NCBI GenBank assembly: GCA_000002445.1
Contig: CM000208.1
Coordinates: 416,001 to 480,000 of the forward strand
DNA: 64,000 nt
Direction: 5' to 3'
Source of the DNA: Trypanosoma brucei
Taxonomy: Eukaryota
Both the position numbers and the translations under genes were made by a program. Shown one piece after another: positions 23,303 through 35,016 of the stretch. Positions within the stretch are counted from its first letter, which is position 1. Each line of letters starts with the position of its first letter. The notes under the pieces were generated by a model. That model ran no database searches. It had not been told where the DNA came from and worked only from the letters and a program-made list of their open reading frames with translations.

Positions 23303-24970
23303 TCAACTCCTGCTGGATGGTATGGCCGCTGGTATCTGGCGTCGCAGCAAACCCACTCCCCCACCCTTGGAGCCACTGTTCGTACCACAGACCGTACGAC
23401 TGCTGCAAGCATCGGCAGAACCGGATGTGGGTGACGATACCCTACGAGGAGTGGAGGAAGGCCGCTCCACTGGAGAACCCGGACGGTTATTTAATGGACT
23501 GCTTCGCAGTAAAGATCTGTGAACCCTTGACGGAGATAACGCCGTCTTTCCAGCGCTCCACGCTGGTTGGACATTACTGCTCGGTTGCGATCGGTGTGGC
23601 GCAATGTTCCTGTAGGACGACAACCGTGTGGACGTCGCGAGAAACGCACTGGAATGCGAACTCACCGAACATGGACTACCTGACCGCGCTACTCCACTTC
23701 GAGAGAACCCCGTTGGTCTTGTGTAAGATGAGGTCCTTAACTGCGCGCCTCTTCCCTCAGACACAAGCGCAGATGAGGGACGCTGCACAGACCGCATCGG
23801 CGAACTGTTGTACACGACAGAGGGTAAAGGAGACCCCTTACGGTACTTGTGCCCGGACGTGAGTGTCGCGAACGGAGAGCGGGCTGGAGCGTGAATAGTG
23901 TCCGGCGATGGCAGGTGCGTGTGATATTCACCGACGTGACTTGCTCCATCAATCGTGGAATATCCGCTAGCCGTACGTGCGGCCTGCGATGAGGTGGCCC
24001 CGTCAAAAGCTGAGCAACTCCTGCCACTCTTTGATTCAAAACGTAGCGTGAGCTCTTGCCGTCCATGTGGATTTGTGCTAGGATCGGATTCGACACTACG
24101 ACCGCAGGGAGAGACACTGTGACGCATGATACTGTTGCTACGACGACGCCCCTCAAGGGCAATGGAACCATGGTAACCGAGGAAGTGATTCCCCGGTTCA
24201 CTTTGACGCAGTGGCTGAACGGTAACAACAGGCGTGCCGCTCCTTGGTTCAACATCTGACCCTTGCTTAGTGTCAACAAACACCAGACGCTTAGCCTTCT
24301 TCATGCGTGTTGTAGTAACTCGCACGTCGGACGTTTTAACTGGTTGGCCGACATCTACCTTGCTTGAGCACAGTTTGTATAGCTCGTTCTGACGCTGGCT
24401 GGCGGAGGTAAGACCATTAAGTAGTGTGTTACGAAGCATCCACTGGACATTGTCCAAACCAAAAGATGAATCGTCCACGTCAACATCAAAAATATCGTGT
24501 TCTATAGTGTTGCGCTTCGCAAACATTCGGAGTTGTCGCAGAAAATGTGGTTTTATGGACATGTCCTTGTGAGCCATTTCCAAAAAGGAGATGGCACTCT
24601 CCAGTTTCCACCCATACTTCACGATCAGGTAGGCCGCTACTAAGGCTGGGCTACGTGACATACCGAGTTGGCTGTGTACCAACACGCAATCACCAGCTTC
24701 AAGTGCCTCATCTATGAACCGCACCGTCCGCTTAACATTTTCATCCGCACTATCAAACATTACTGCTGTGCAGACTGAACCAGTAGGGTCTTTCCAGGGA
24801 AACGTAAGATATTTTACGCCATCGTCTGCGAAAAGATCAGCGAGCTCGCCACCGGCACAGTTAACAACATGGGTTATCTTGTTGAGTGAAATGAACTCAC
24901 GATCGTGTGCAGCCACCGCATTTCCCACGAAGATGCCATCCTTGACACGGACAGCGATAAGTTCCTGCAT
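23303..24970 (-). CDS. dual-specificity-phosphatase-like pseudophosphatase (catalytic Cys replaced by Ser) with long Ser/Pro/Arg-rich C-terminal tail
   Basis: 555 aa with ATG start. The N-terminal ~150 aa is a DUSP fold: 'ITHVVNCAGGE...' then the signature 'DCVLVHSQLGMSRSPALVAAYLIVKYGW'. The active-site HCx5R reads HSx5R; codon AGC at 24671-24673 on the minus strand sits where TGC is expected. The general-acid Asp region and the Arg are retained. The remaining ~400 aa is low-complexity S/P/R/T-rich. Confidence 0.8.
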   Translation of the reverse strand: MQELIAVRVKDGIFVGNAVAAHDREFISLNKITHVVNCAGGELADLFADDGVKYLTFPWKDPTGSVCTAVMFDSADENVKRTVRFIDEALEAGDCVLVHSQLGMSRSPALVAAYLIVKYGWKLESAISFLEMAHKDMSIKPHFLRQLRMFAKRNTIEHDIFDVDVDDSSFGLDNVQWMLRNTLLNGLTSASQRQNELYKLCSSKVDVGQPVKTSDVRVTTTRMKKAKRLVFVDTKQGSDVEPRSGTPVVTVQPLRQSEPGNHFLGYHGSIALEGRRRSNSIMRHSVSPCGRSVESDPSTNPHGRQELTLRFESKSGRSCSAFDGATSSQAARTASGYSTIDGASHVGEYHTHLPSPDTIHAPARSPFATLTSGHKYRKGSPLPSVVYNSSPMRSVQRPSSALVSEGRGAQLRTSSYTRPTGFSRSGVARSGSPCSVSSHSSAFLATSTRLSSYRNIAPHRSQPSSNVQPAWSAGKTALSPSRVHRSLLRSSPLNNRPGSPVERPSSTPRRVSSPTSGSADACSSRTVCGTNSGSKGGGVGLLRRQIPAAIPSSRS

Positions 24971-25786
24971 GCCGGCTGGTGGTCACTTTAGAGAACACTC
25001 GCCTTACTAGAAAACGAAAAGCCTGTGAAAGCAGAATAGGCAGGAAAAAACTACCTTCAGATAGAACGAGGTCCAGCAGGGCTGTGGGTGATCAAGATTC
25101 CTCTAGTCAGCCGTACACGGAAAGGGACTATGTCTCTAAATACTGTCACCACACTCTTTATACCACGCGGGGCTTTTGAACTGTTGGTCGCTCTTCTTCC
25201 CTTTTCCCTCTGTAATAGTAACTCCTTGCACTTGGCAACAAAACCGCTAACTCCCTTTTGATACGGTCAGTGTGTGCTGTTGGGACCTTTGAAAATAATA
25301 ATAATATAAATTATGAATAACCGTTGCAATAGGTATAGAGAATAAGAAGGAAGGGGGAAAATAGAGGGGGAAAGGGAAAACGAACTTGAGAACTCTATCA
25401 GAGGTACCGACTAGGCTCTCTCTCTCCGGTCCCCAGCCGCTAGGGTCTTTTTTGCCCTTCAAAAGTAAGTACATTATTATGCCACGTAACCCACTTAAGT
25501 CGAATTAAGTTTAACTTTTAGTGCTTAACTCCACCTACTCAGCATTGAACACCACAACGTGAAATGGACAAAAGTACATGTGCCGATATTCATCCGTTGC
25601 TTGTTTTTCGTTAAAAATATTCTTATTTGCTCTGATACGCGGACCATCCGTGCGGCATTGCCTCCGCTACCTCACCCCCACGCAGCTCTCTACGTGCGCA
25701 CGCTCCCCCTTCCAACAACGAATCAGAAAAAGCGTAATACGGTGGCATTTAGATCATTGTAACCCCAACGCATCCACTTTCCATAC

Positions 25787-27682
25787 CTACTCGTTGCTTT
25801 CATCATCTTCGTCCTCATCCTCTCCATCCACCTTCGCTGGTTTGACCGGTTTTGCGACCTCTTCCACCATGTAGAAGTAGTTCCCCGCGATTTTCTGTTC
25901 ACGATCTTTAACCGAGTCAAACTTGTTGATTCGCGGACGGAAATTCGATGGATCACGTCTGAAAGTAATATCGAGGCTTTTCAAAAATTTGTTCATTCCC
26001 TCCAAGAGGGCACAGGGAGCGTTGGCCTTGCAATTTACAGCTGGAGTGCCGTCGTATACAATAACACGATCCGCCAGGTATGTTGCCATAATAAAATCGT
26101 GCTCAACGATGAACGCAGTTCGTTTGGCATGCATAATGTATCTCTTGATGACACGGGCAGCTATTATACGCTGGTCCGAATCCAAGTAGGCACTGGGTTC
26201 GTCTATTAGATAGATATTTGCCGGTGTGCCGAGGGCAAGGCATAGACCAACGCGTTGCAACTGACCACCGGAAAGGTGTTGCACCTCCTGATCGTACAGC
26301 TCCTCAACTGTCATGGGTTTTAGTACATCTGTCTGGAATTGGGGATTAGAGAACGCTTCGTATATCTTTGATTGGAGAAGATCCTTCACGGTTCCCTGAA
26401 ACTTCGGTGCGATCTTCTGTGGTTTGTAACTTATGCACAGTTGAGGTACTTCCACTTCATTATCCGGTTTAATGTGGCCAGCGAGCATGCGAATAAACGT
26501 CGTTTTACCACATCCATTCTCACCTAGAAGGACAACAATCTCAGAGTCAGAAAAGGATCCCGATTCGACAGTTAATGTAAACCCTCCCAAATTCTTTACC
26601 ATGGACGGGTAAGAATGTTGTACACTGCGTTTGGTCGTCTCTTCCAAGTCATCGGTAATGCGAAATGACAAACTCTCTTGACGAAACCTCAGATTTTCAG
26701 TTGGGACAAAACCATCCAAGAAAATGTTAATACCTTCTCGGACCCCGTAAGGCATCGTTACCACTCCGTAGATTCCGGGAACGCCGTAGAGAACACACAC
26801 GAAGTCGGACATATAGTCCACAACAGAAAGGTCATGCTCAACGACAACAACATAATTATCATCTTTCAGCAGAGAACGAATCACCTTAGCGGCCATCAGT
26901 CTCTGCCGAACATCCAAATAACTAGAAGGCTCGTCAAACATGTACACTGAGGCATTTTGGACACAGAGAGCAGCAATGGTAAACCGCTGTAGCTCACCAC
27001 CAGATAATTTTTCGAGTTCGCGATCAGCAACGTTTTCTATATCAAGTTCCTTCATATAGTAGTCCTTCACACCCCGCTCATCAGCTTTAGTTAGTAGATC
27101 CCCCACTTTTCCCTTGGTAACTTTGGGAACCTGATCCACATATTGTGGTTTCAGGAGAACACGCATCTTTTGCTCCAGCATGTGTTGAAAATACGCTTGG
27201 TGCTCAGACCCTCGAAAGTATTTTAATATCTCCTCCCAACTGGGTTCATCCTTATAGCGACCAAGATTTGGCTTAGTCTTGCCCTTCAGAATAGACAATG
27301 CCGTCGATTTGCCCGTGCCATTCGCTCCAACGAGTCCCAAGACCTGCCCTGGACGAGGAAGAGGTAGCCTATGGAGTTTGAAACTATTGGGGCCGTACCG
27401 ATGAACAGTATCTTTATTCAGATTGGATGGCAAGTTGATGATTTGAATGGCTCCATAAGGACATTTTTTAACGCATAAACCGCAGCCAATACAAAGTTCT
27501 TCTGAAATTACAGAAATTGTTGACTTTTTTTGAACCACAACACATAGTTTCCCCTGAAGGTTAACTGGACAGCACTTACTGCACTCTAGATTGCATTTTG
27601 CTGGCTTGCATCGGTCGTGGTTTACAACGGCAATACGAGTCAGTTTAGACTTTTCCTCATCTTGCCTGTTTTTAGGTGGCAT
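25787..27682 (-). CDS. ABCE1: ABCE1 / RNase L inhibitor (Rli1), ribosome-recycling ABC ATPase
   Basis: N-terminal 4Fe-4S ferredoxin-like domain '[26 protein letters not shown]...[12 protein letters not shown]', followed by two ABC cassettes (Walker A 'GANGTGKST' and 'GENGCGKTT', signatures 'LSGGELQR' and 'LSGGQLQR'). The track ORF begins at 27721 with TTG; the conserved start 'MPPKNRQ' is the ATG at 27682. Confidence 0.95.
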   Translation of the reverse strand: MPPKNRQDEEKSKLTRIAVVNHDRCKPAKCNLECSKCCPVNLQGKLCVVVQKKSTISVISEELCIGCGLCVKKCPYGAIQIINLPSNLNKDTVHRYGPNSFKLHRLPLPRPGQVLGLVGANGTGKSTALSILKGKTKPNLGRYKDEPSWEEILKYFRGSEHQAYFQHMLEQKMRVLLKPQYVDQVPKVTKGKVGDLLTKADERGVKDYYMKELDIENVADRELEKLSGGELQRFTIAALCVQNASVYMFDEPSSYLDVRQRLMAAKVIRSLLKDDNYVVVVEHDLSVVDYMSDFVCVLYGVPGIYGVVTMPYGVREGINIFLDGFVPTENLRFRQESLSFRITDDLEETTKRSVQHSYPSMVKNLGGFTLTVESGSFSDSEIVVLLGENGCGKTTFIRMLAGHIKPDNEVEVPQLCISYKPQKIAPKFQGTVKDLLQSKIYEAFSNPQFQTDVLKPMTVEELYDQEVQHLSGGQLQRVGLCLALGTPANIYLIDEPSAYLDSDQRIIAARVIKRYIMHAKRTAFIVEHDFIMATYLADRVIVYDGTPAVNCKANAPCALLEGMNKFLKSLDITFRRDPSNFRPRINKFDSVKDREQKIAGNYFYMVEEVAKPVKPAKVDGEDEDEDDESNE

Positions 27683-29448
27683 GTTAAAAGCTAATAGTAC
27701 TTTACCTTCATTAAAATGCAACAGAAGCCGCTAGTTATACGTCAGGAAGCAGTAGGTTCCTATTAACAGGACCTTGCGTTCGTATCAGTTTCGCTCCTTA
27801 CTCCGCGTTCGCACAGCGTACGACAGATGATAGATCTGTAAAATGTGTGTTAACCCTCGTACACACAACAGAAAAGGCAAGTCTCTTTCCCAGATATAGT
27901 TCGACAAACAAACCTCTGACATTCATTTACCACACAAATTACCCATTCCAAAAAGTATAACACTCCACCCATCACAAAAGCGAGCTGCTTGCGGTCATGA
28001 GCACCCACAGTGAAGGTCGCATTTCGCAGGGGAAAAAACACCACGCGACAGGAAACTGTGGGACTACAGAGATACATGCGTAGCGCACATTGTGGTCCTT
28101 AAAAATAAAAATAAGTTTTGTATTGCTTGGTAGGAAGTGTAAAAAAGGAAACCCCCCCCCCCGATAAGTTGGCACTTCAGATGACATTATCGGTCAAGAA
28201 TTGCCATACGCTCACAAAACCGAGCCATCATACGAATATGTATATATATTGGAGCATCGTACGGCATACCAAGAAAACTGCAGTTAGCTGGGTGAAAAGT
28301 CACCACACTGGCGTTTTTTTTTTACGATTCATAGAAAAAAACACGTAGGTGGAGTAACCGCGAGTGGATGCCACGACATACTGTAACAACTGTCACCCTC
28401 TTAGTCGCGCCCCCCCAAAAAAAAAAAAACTTAGAGACTCATCATTGGCTTATGTGGAAAGGTGGATAACACACGAAAAAGTATAACATGGGACGGGCAC
28501 CTCCTGTATTCAGTCCGAAGAGGGAAGTCCATTTGCAACAACGGTGAGTCCACTTGCCAGGCGAGAAAAAAAAAAGCAAACAGAAATTAGGTTAGCAACA
28601 AATCCTTTAGCTTCCCAGACGGAAAAAGAAATATATCCCTTACTCAACGGTCTCCCCCCCCCCACACACACACACAAGGCAAAATATAGAAAAAAACAAA
28701 TCGCAGCACGCACAAACTAAGAATAGACAGCGGCACTACCTCTTTAGCAATACGAAACCACGTTACAGAACTATCAGCGAAGGCACAGGGAAAACCTGAA
28801 CATATAGATAGAGAAAAAATCAGGCAGCAGTCCTGCAACCCTCTGACGACTTCAACAACGTTTTTTTTTTTGATGGCGAACATGCTTTATTCCTGCAACC
28901 AGTGCAAACGTAAATAAATTCTGACTTAAGGAAGTGGAAAGCGTTTACCCTTCAAAGCACTCAGAAACGCACAAACCGAAAATCTGATGGCGCTCGACAT
29001 ATGATGACAGACGCCATTCTTTTTTTTTTTTGACAACGAAGAAAAAAGTGCAACAAAGATGGCCACGTGAAGAAGTGATAAGGCCACGGTCGCGCCAGCA
29101 TCCGCCATCACTGGTAACCTCCAATCCATATACAACGGGGACAACAAAAATGTCAGTTGCTTCACCTTCAGGTAAAGGGACACCGAAGTGTGTAGGACAG
29201 AAAGTTTGGAGCCAGACAAAAATAAAACGACCGCATTGCCGCAACACGGAACATAGAAAAGTGAGGGAGAGTGACGACACGCACCAGCGGAGAAACCCAT
29301 CTAAGCGGTAACTTGAAAAGAAGTGCATGCACACACCAACAAATCTTACCTCAATCCTATATAGGAGTGCAACACAAACAAAAAGGGCAAAGCCAAACAC
29401 TACGCACCAACATCTACTACTACTGCCACCACCACCAAAAAATCTCCT

Positions 29449-29967
29449 TCAAACGAAGAAGTGAGAAAAGGGATTCAATAAACTAGAGTCAACGAGTCTT
29501 TGGACAAATTTGCAGTAGTTAACTTTGTTCAAATGAACACAGCCGAAGCGGCGAAGGTGCAAAACCAGCTCACTACCCTCCACAGCCGAGAGAAGTTCTC
29601 CTTCCTCCATCATTATCTGGAGAAAACAGTTTAAGTCAATATAACCCGTTCGGTTGGTATCGTAGTGAGAAAAAACTTCTACGAGTTCATCAACTCCAAA
29701 GTTTTCAGCTCGTGTGCTGACATCACTCAATGTGGAAAAAAGTACCACGAACTGTGGAAAATTGATCACATCACAGCCTTCCAGCTTCGTTGTGGATAAA
29801 ACACGGGAGAACATCCCCTCATTTAGCTTCGGTACCAAGCTGAAGGCCAGAGACCTGACCCGTGACATCGCTATAACACCCTCATCAGCGCTGTCAAAAA
29901 GGCGAAAAGCTTCCTGAAGGTCACTGACGACGTCATGGGTAAGAGTGCATTTCATTTTCGATAGCAT
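29449..29967 (-). CDS. EF-hand calcium-binding protein (calmodulin/myosin-light-chain-like)
   Basis: 172 aa. Canonical EF loop 'DTNRTGYIDLNCF' plus a degenerate N-terminal EF-hand 'FRLFDSADEGVIAMSRV'; helix-loop-helix spacing typical of a 4-EF-hand light chain. Confidence 0.7.
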   Translation of the reverse strand: MLSKMKCTLTHDVVSDLQEAFRLFDSADEGVIAMSRVRSLAFSLVPKLNEGMFSRVLSTTKLEGCDVINFPQFVVLFSTLSDVSTRAENFGVDELVEVFSHYDTNRTGYIDLNCFLQIMMEEGELLSAVEGSELVLHLRRFGCVHLNKVNYCKFVQRLVDSSLLNPFSHFFV

Positions 29968-30160
29968 CACTTAACACTTTAGGTGGAGATATTAAAAAGG
30001 GAGGAATATATTCACTTGTTAGTCTTCCCCGGTGCAAGTGTTGACGCCAAGGCGAACACTACTCAAGCGTTAATAATATATACACTGTGATGGTTAGTGA
30101 AAACGATATGTCTCTTCTACAAAGCAACACGGTACTGCATTGCTAACACATGAATATAAA

Positions 30161-31048
30161 CTACTGGAACGGTACAGATCCATGTCTCTCATCCGGACTG
30201 ACGCTTAACACAGTTTTAATTGCCTCTGGCTCGCTACCGTACATCAGCTGAAGGTTCGATGCGACTGCGGGAGGTACGTAAGCAGCCGCCTTTGAGTCTG
30301 AGTTCACTCCTTGAATCATCGGGACCACGCCCACCCTCCTGAGAAAATAATCGACGCGATGAGCCGGGCTGTCATTCCTCAGTAGCGTGTCCTTTGTGCT
30401 ACCGGCAAGGTTTAACAATGACCTCTGGTTACCACTTGAGAGTATCTCACGAAGTGTGCCAAAGGCAACGTCACGGCTGAACTGCACGCCGCGACCGTAC
30501 TCAGGATATCGTGTAATGAGCCAGGGGAAAAAAGTAATGAATGGATTTATCCTTCGTTCTGCGAGGTACTCATCCTTAATCCGCTGACGGCTAGATTTGT
30601 CGTACTGTATGGTGAAGAGCAAATAAGTCGCTTGCTCATCTACACTTCCAATCCACAAAGGTAATGCCAAATCCTCTGATACACCGCCAAAAAGCCGCTG
30701 TATAATGATTTTCGACGAAACAAAAACAAGCACCACACCAGTAAAAAACATGAGCCAGTCAACGCGACGCTCTCCTTGGGATAAGTTTCCAAAATTAGGG
30801 GCATTTCCTTGGGAAGCTTCGCGAGCACGAAAAGCAGCACTGGTCGCCAGCCCTCCCATCGCGAAATGTCCATAACTGAAGCCGGAAAATTCGGATATGC
30901 TGAGTCCCTTATATTTTTTGGCTACCTTTTCTCTAAGCGCCAACTCTCTTGACCGCTCTTGGGGGTCCTCATTGATTATCATCCTCCTTGGAACAAGTCC
31001 ACCGTGAAAAAGAATAACCGAACAACGGCGTAGTTCCTGACGAAACAT
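30161..31048 (-). CDS. hypothetical protein with internal hydrophobic segment (295 aa from first ATG)
   Basis: Last (5'-most) ORF of the minus polycistron. The track start at 31120 is GTG; first ATG at 31048 ('MFRQELRR', basic N-terminus). Predicted TM segment 'WLMFFTGVVLVFVSSKIII'. No named domain. Confidence 0.55.
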   Translation of the reverse strand: MFRQELRRCSVILFHGGLVPRRMIINEDPQERSRELALREKVAKKYKGLSISEFSGFSYGHFAMGGLATSAAFRAREASQGNAPNFGNLSQGERRVDWLMFFTGVVLVFVSSKIIIQRLFGGVSEDLALPLWIGSVDEQATYLLFTIQYDKSSRQRIKDEYLAERRINPFITFFPWLITRYPEYGRGVQFSRDVAFGTLREILSSGNQRSLLNLAGSTKDTLLRNDSPAHRVDYFLRRVGVVPMIQGVNSDSKAAAYVPPAVASNLQLMYGSEPEAIKTVLSVSPDERHGSVPFQ

Positions 31049-34000
31049 ATTCCCTTCCCCACCCCCAGGAGAAATTAAAATTAGAGAAAAAATAGAAAAA
31101 AAACGGCACTCATTTATCACGAAAAGGGGAACTGCTCGTCGCCGTTACAACATGCCCCCAACAGAGATTTTCTTCTCCCCAGAACCTAAATTATCACATC
31201 ATGTCCCGCACAAATTCATACAAATAGGGGACAACGTAACTATGAATAATGTCCCTAATAACACTTTAATGCCACAAAGACTAGAAAATTGGGTCCCAGC
31301 GGCTGCCCAAACAGTCGTGAACGCCGAAATTTGAAACCCACCACAAACACACCGGAAACGACCGAATAGCACGGACCCCACTGGAGCCCACCCCCTGCGG
31401 AAACGTCACGATAACAAGCCGCTGTAGGATCCACAAAAGCTTCTTACCAACCGGACACTCGTGTTGTAACGCCCTAGGGTCAACAGACACGCGCAGCAAG
31501 CAATGTCGCCCATGCTGGGAGCCTCCACAAAATTTACACCGGGCGACGTCAAGCCCCACCGTCCAGCGCCACTCGATTGAATACCGCCGGGTCGATCCAG
31601 CGCAGGGGAAGCACCACCAGCAGTGTGACAGCAAGAGGGGGGAACCCCCACTTCCCATCCGAGGCTGAGCTCTGCCCCCTCGAGAGGAGGGGAACACACA
31701 CACAGACGCTCGCGGACTGACAGCAACTGCGAAGTGAAACACAGATTCATTTCCACTACCACCCGTGGCGGTCCGCCGCGCCAGGCAGACACCCCCGGAG
31801 GTCAGTGGTAGCAGGTTCGCTCCTGCAACGGCACATCGCGTTCGACCGCCGCAGCCTACCAAAAATTCTGTTTTTCCCCCATGTGGTTGGAATAGGTCCG
31901 GTGCCGAAGAGTCGAGTGGTTTACTTCGGACCAGCCCACAAGTGACGGAAGCAGATTAAATTCTTACGTGCGGAAAAGTGGATCATGTCTGCGTGCCCCT
32001 CTCCGATGTTGGAGTTAAAAATAGAGCGCGAAACCAACACCACCCCATACGCCAGACGCCGATGATAACCACCATCGTATCGATAAAACACCCAAACAAG
32101 CGCCACCTGTATGCTGAAGAAGCGTTCTCACGACCGAAGCAGCGCATCAAGCGAGGACGAGGTCCCGTGGAAAACGAAGGCCCCGACTTCCCGTTGGGGC
32201 GTTGGAAGGTATTCAGTCTCGGCTGATCCCCGGCCCTTTTCGGCGTCAAACTTGGTATTGTATTCGTACCACTCAAAAGGAAAAGAAGACGAATTATTTT
32301 CTTGCTCCTGAGGCCGCTGGCACATCAAGCCGTGATCCGGCCTACTCCCCACGCGGCGTTCTAGCTACACCAAGATCCAAGGGACAGTTGGAGAACATTT
32401 TGGAGCCCGTGGTAACAGGTGTGGCGTAGAAAGCTCCGGCAGGCTCGCAACGATGCCATCAGCAATGTCCACTCAAAGACATTTACTGCGGCAGACCACA
32501 ACACTGATTGCGCCAAAACTGTCTCCGTTATTCATGACACAGCCTTCGACACAACATAGCGCGACGAGCTTGGTACAGGAAATGAAAAAGTCGAACATAC
32601 AGCAGAGAATTATCAGAATGTTGGCAGTTTTTTTCAAGGCCAGAACGTGTAAAATAAGCGCCAGGGAGATGCTATCGGATGCAAAAATACTTCAGAAGAC
32701 TGCCCTACAAGGGAACCATATTCAGTAGCATCTTGGCCATTGAATTTATCTGCTCGCTGAACCGACTACTGGAAGAAGGACCCCAGTTACGTGCCGATTT
32801 GTTTACACATAACTGAACGCTGCTGCTTCCTCAAACGAAAGAGAAAAATATCAAACACACACTGCGGAGGTAAGTGGACATGGTGGCACCATGGTCTTGA
32901 GAGCACCTAATGGAAGTTTACCTAACGCAGATGAAAAGCACACCCTTCGGTTTTGTGAAATGAATACTGCTCACGCCAAACATCGGCGGAGCGTGGGTAG
33001 GGCTTGAGAGAACTTTAAAAGTTGCTCTTTGTGATACTCCATTGCATAATTGAGATGGCAAGGCGCGCTATGCAGACAATACGAAAAAAATTGACCTGAG
33101 TCTACTTCAAATAGGAGCAATATCTACTTTCACGCAGGGCTAAGCACACCAGCTTCTGCGGTTCTTTTACCTCGCACTGGCGCGAGCGTGTGTCATGTGA
33201 AGGGTTGAAGCGTCGTAATAGGATGTGTGTAAGGGTTGTGGAGGGGAACCCGCTGTTGCACACTGAAAATTTAGCTGTATCATTTCAGGCGTGACATAGC
33301 GAATGTACTAAGAGAGCACCCTCCCTGAAGGTAGCGGCCTACAGCTCAGGAGCGCCACATTAATACGTAGTCCCAAGTCCGTGTTGATGTGAGAAGTGAA
33401 AGTCTCAGTGAAGTGCAATGCCGAGGAAGAGTGTTTCCGAATCTTCATGTCCAAGACCACGAGGAGACACATTACACGATTTCACCAATCCCTTTGTGTC
33501 AAGTGGCGTAAGCCCCCAGTTACTTTCCTCACACTTCGATACCGCAACAGGGCTCTCTTTCGCAATTAAATAAGGCTCATACGCGCGGAAGATCACAAAG
33601 ATATAAAAATGAAAGCGAGGGTGGGCAGATTGCACAACGCTTCAGTGGAAACGGTGTACAATTACCGCCTGGTAGATGCCACGGGCCATGGACTGAGGGA
33701 TCTGCATTATTGGGGAAAAAAAGAATGGGACAGCTACGACAACATTGGGGGGAAACAAACTGATATTCGTGAAGCGGGCAAATGCAGCCCCATCGGCCCG
33801 CAGTAACCCAACAGAATCCCTAGCAATAGAAAAGGGTGCGGGAATGTCACTGGATGTTTTCCAAACGTATACAACGTCATAGAGAAAACTCCGGACGCTG
33901 CCTATGATGTGCTGGCACGTGTCCGGGACCGAGAAGTGAAAAACGGTGTCCCAGAAAAACGCGACCGGCCCCGACGCTATGAGAAGCCGGAGCTGGAGCA

Positions 34001-34995
34001 AAGCAGAGTTCCCCATTAGAGAAATGCTGCTGGCTCTTGGCTTCCTCTGAAAATACGGGGCGCTAGAACTTGGCACCACGTTGAGGTGGCCGGCGTCGCC
34101 CCTGAGCAGACTCTTGACAATCACAGACTTGCTGTTGCCACTCATGGTATTGGAAGCAGACCAATCCCACCGTGGCAGACCAACACCCAAATAAGCTACG
34201 GGTGCTTCTCCTACAAATACGGGAGGGAAAGCGTATACCACATTGAAGTTTGTATTTAGTCGTTGATGTGGAATGGAATGGGATGATTGATGGTATGGTG
34301 GAAAGGGTGACTGACATGCCGCAGTTGCCTGGCCCGAAGCTCCAGGACATTGTAACCTACATGGGACCGATATTGCTGTCAGCGGAAAAGGGAGTGAAGA
34401 AGAGGTGGCAGTGGCTCGTTCCCGCCCCGTTGCCTCTCGGCATTGCGAATGTATGCTGCGAAATATCAACACGCGGACACCGCTGCAGTGCCTGAAATGA
34501 AAAGTGCAAAGCCCGGCTTACAAAGCGTCGAACGCAGTAACGCAAATGGCAAATTGACACGAATATGGCCGCGCACATACCCCGTGAATATCGAGATGTG
34601 GCGGTACACCGCATTCGCGAGGAGCGTAGCTTTCCCCGCACAGGAGCACCGTGTTGGCCGAAATAGGGCACCCAGCTCGCAAAAGTGTCCGAACTTTTTT
34701 CCAACCGCTCACCCCCCACCCTTAATCCAGGGCTTTCTGGGGGGTGTGGCAACCTCTGCTGTCCAGGAAGGTGACCGAAACATAGGAGGGAAAGCGCCAC
34801 CGGGGTGCGTCCGCGAAGGTAATCAGAAGTGTACCTGAAAAATGTGAGGGGGACAAGGGGAAGTCTTGGCCCTTTCGATCCACGCTTTCTCCGGGAGCGC
34901 CGCGAATAGGTGTGTTGTCACTTTCGCGCCACTTCAAGGCCGCCTGAGGCCGGCGGGACCGCCGAGAGCTTTTAAACCGCCTCCGAGCTCTACTA

Positions 34996-35016
34996 GGGGG
35001 GGGGGGGGGAGGTGGG
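34996..35016 (+). repeat. G14 homopolymer followed by AGGTGGG (G-quadruplex-prone tract) inside the strand-switch region
   Basis: Read directly: ctaGGGGGGGGGGGGGGaGGtGGGctg. Confidence 0.9.

Noticed and set aside
33642-34472. 276-aa minus-strand ORF in the middle of the divergent strand-switch region
   Set aside because: Not protein-like (no secondary-structure periodicity, S/P/A-rich with Cys scattered). Overlapped by equally long junk ORFs on the plus strand. Lies inside the strand-switch zone.
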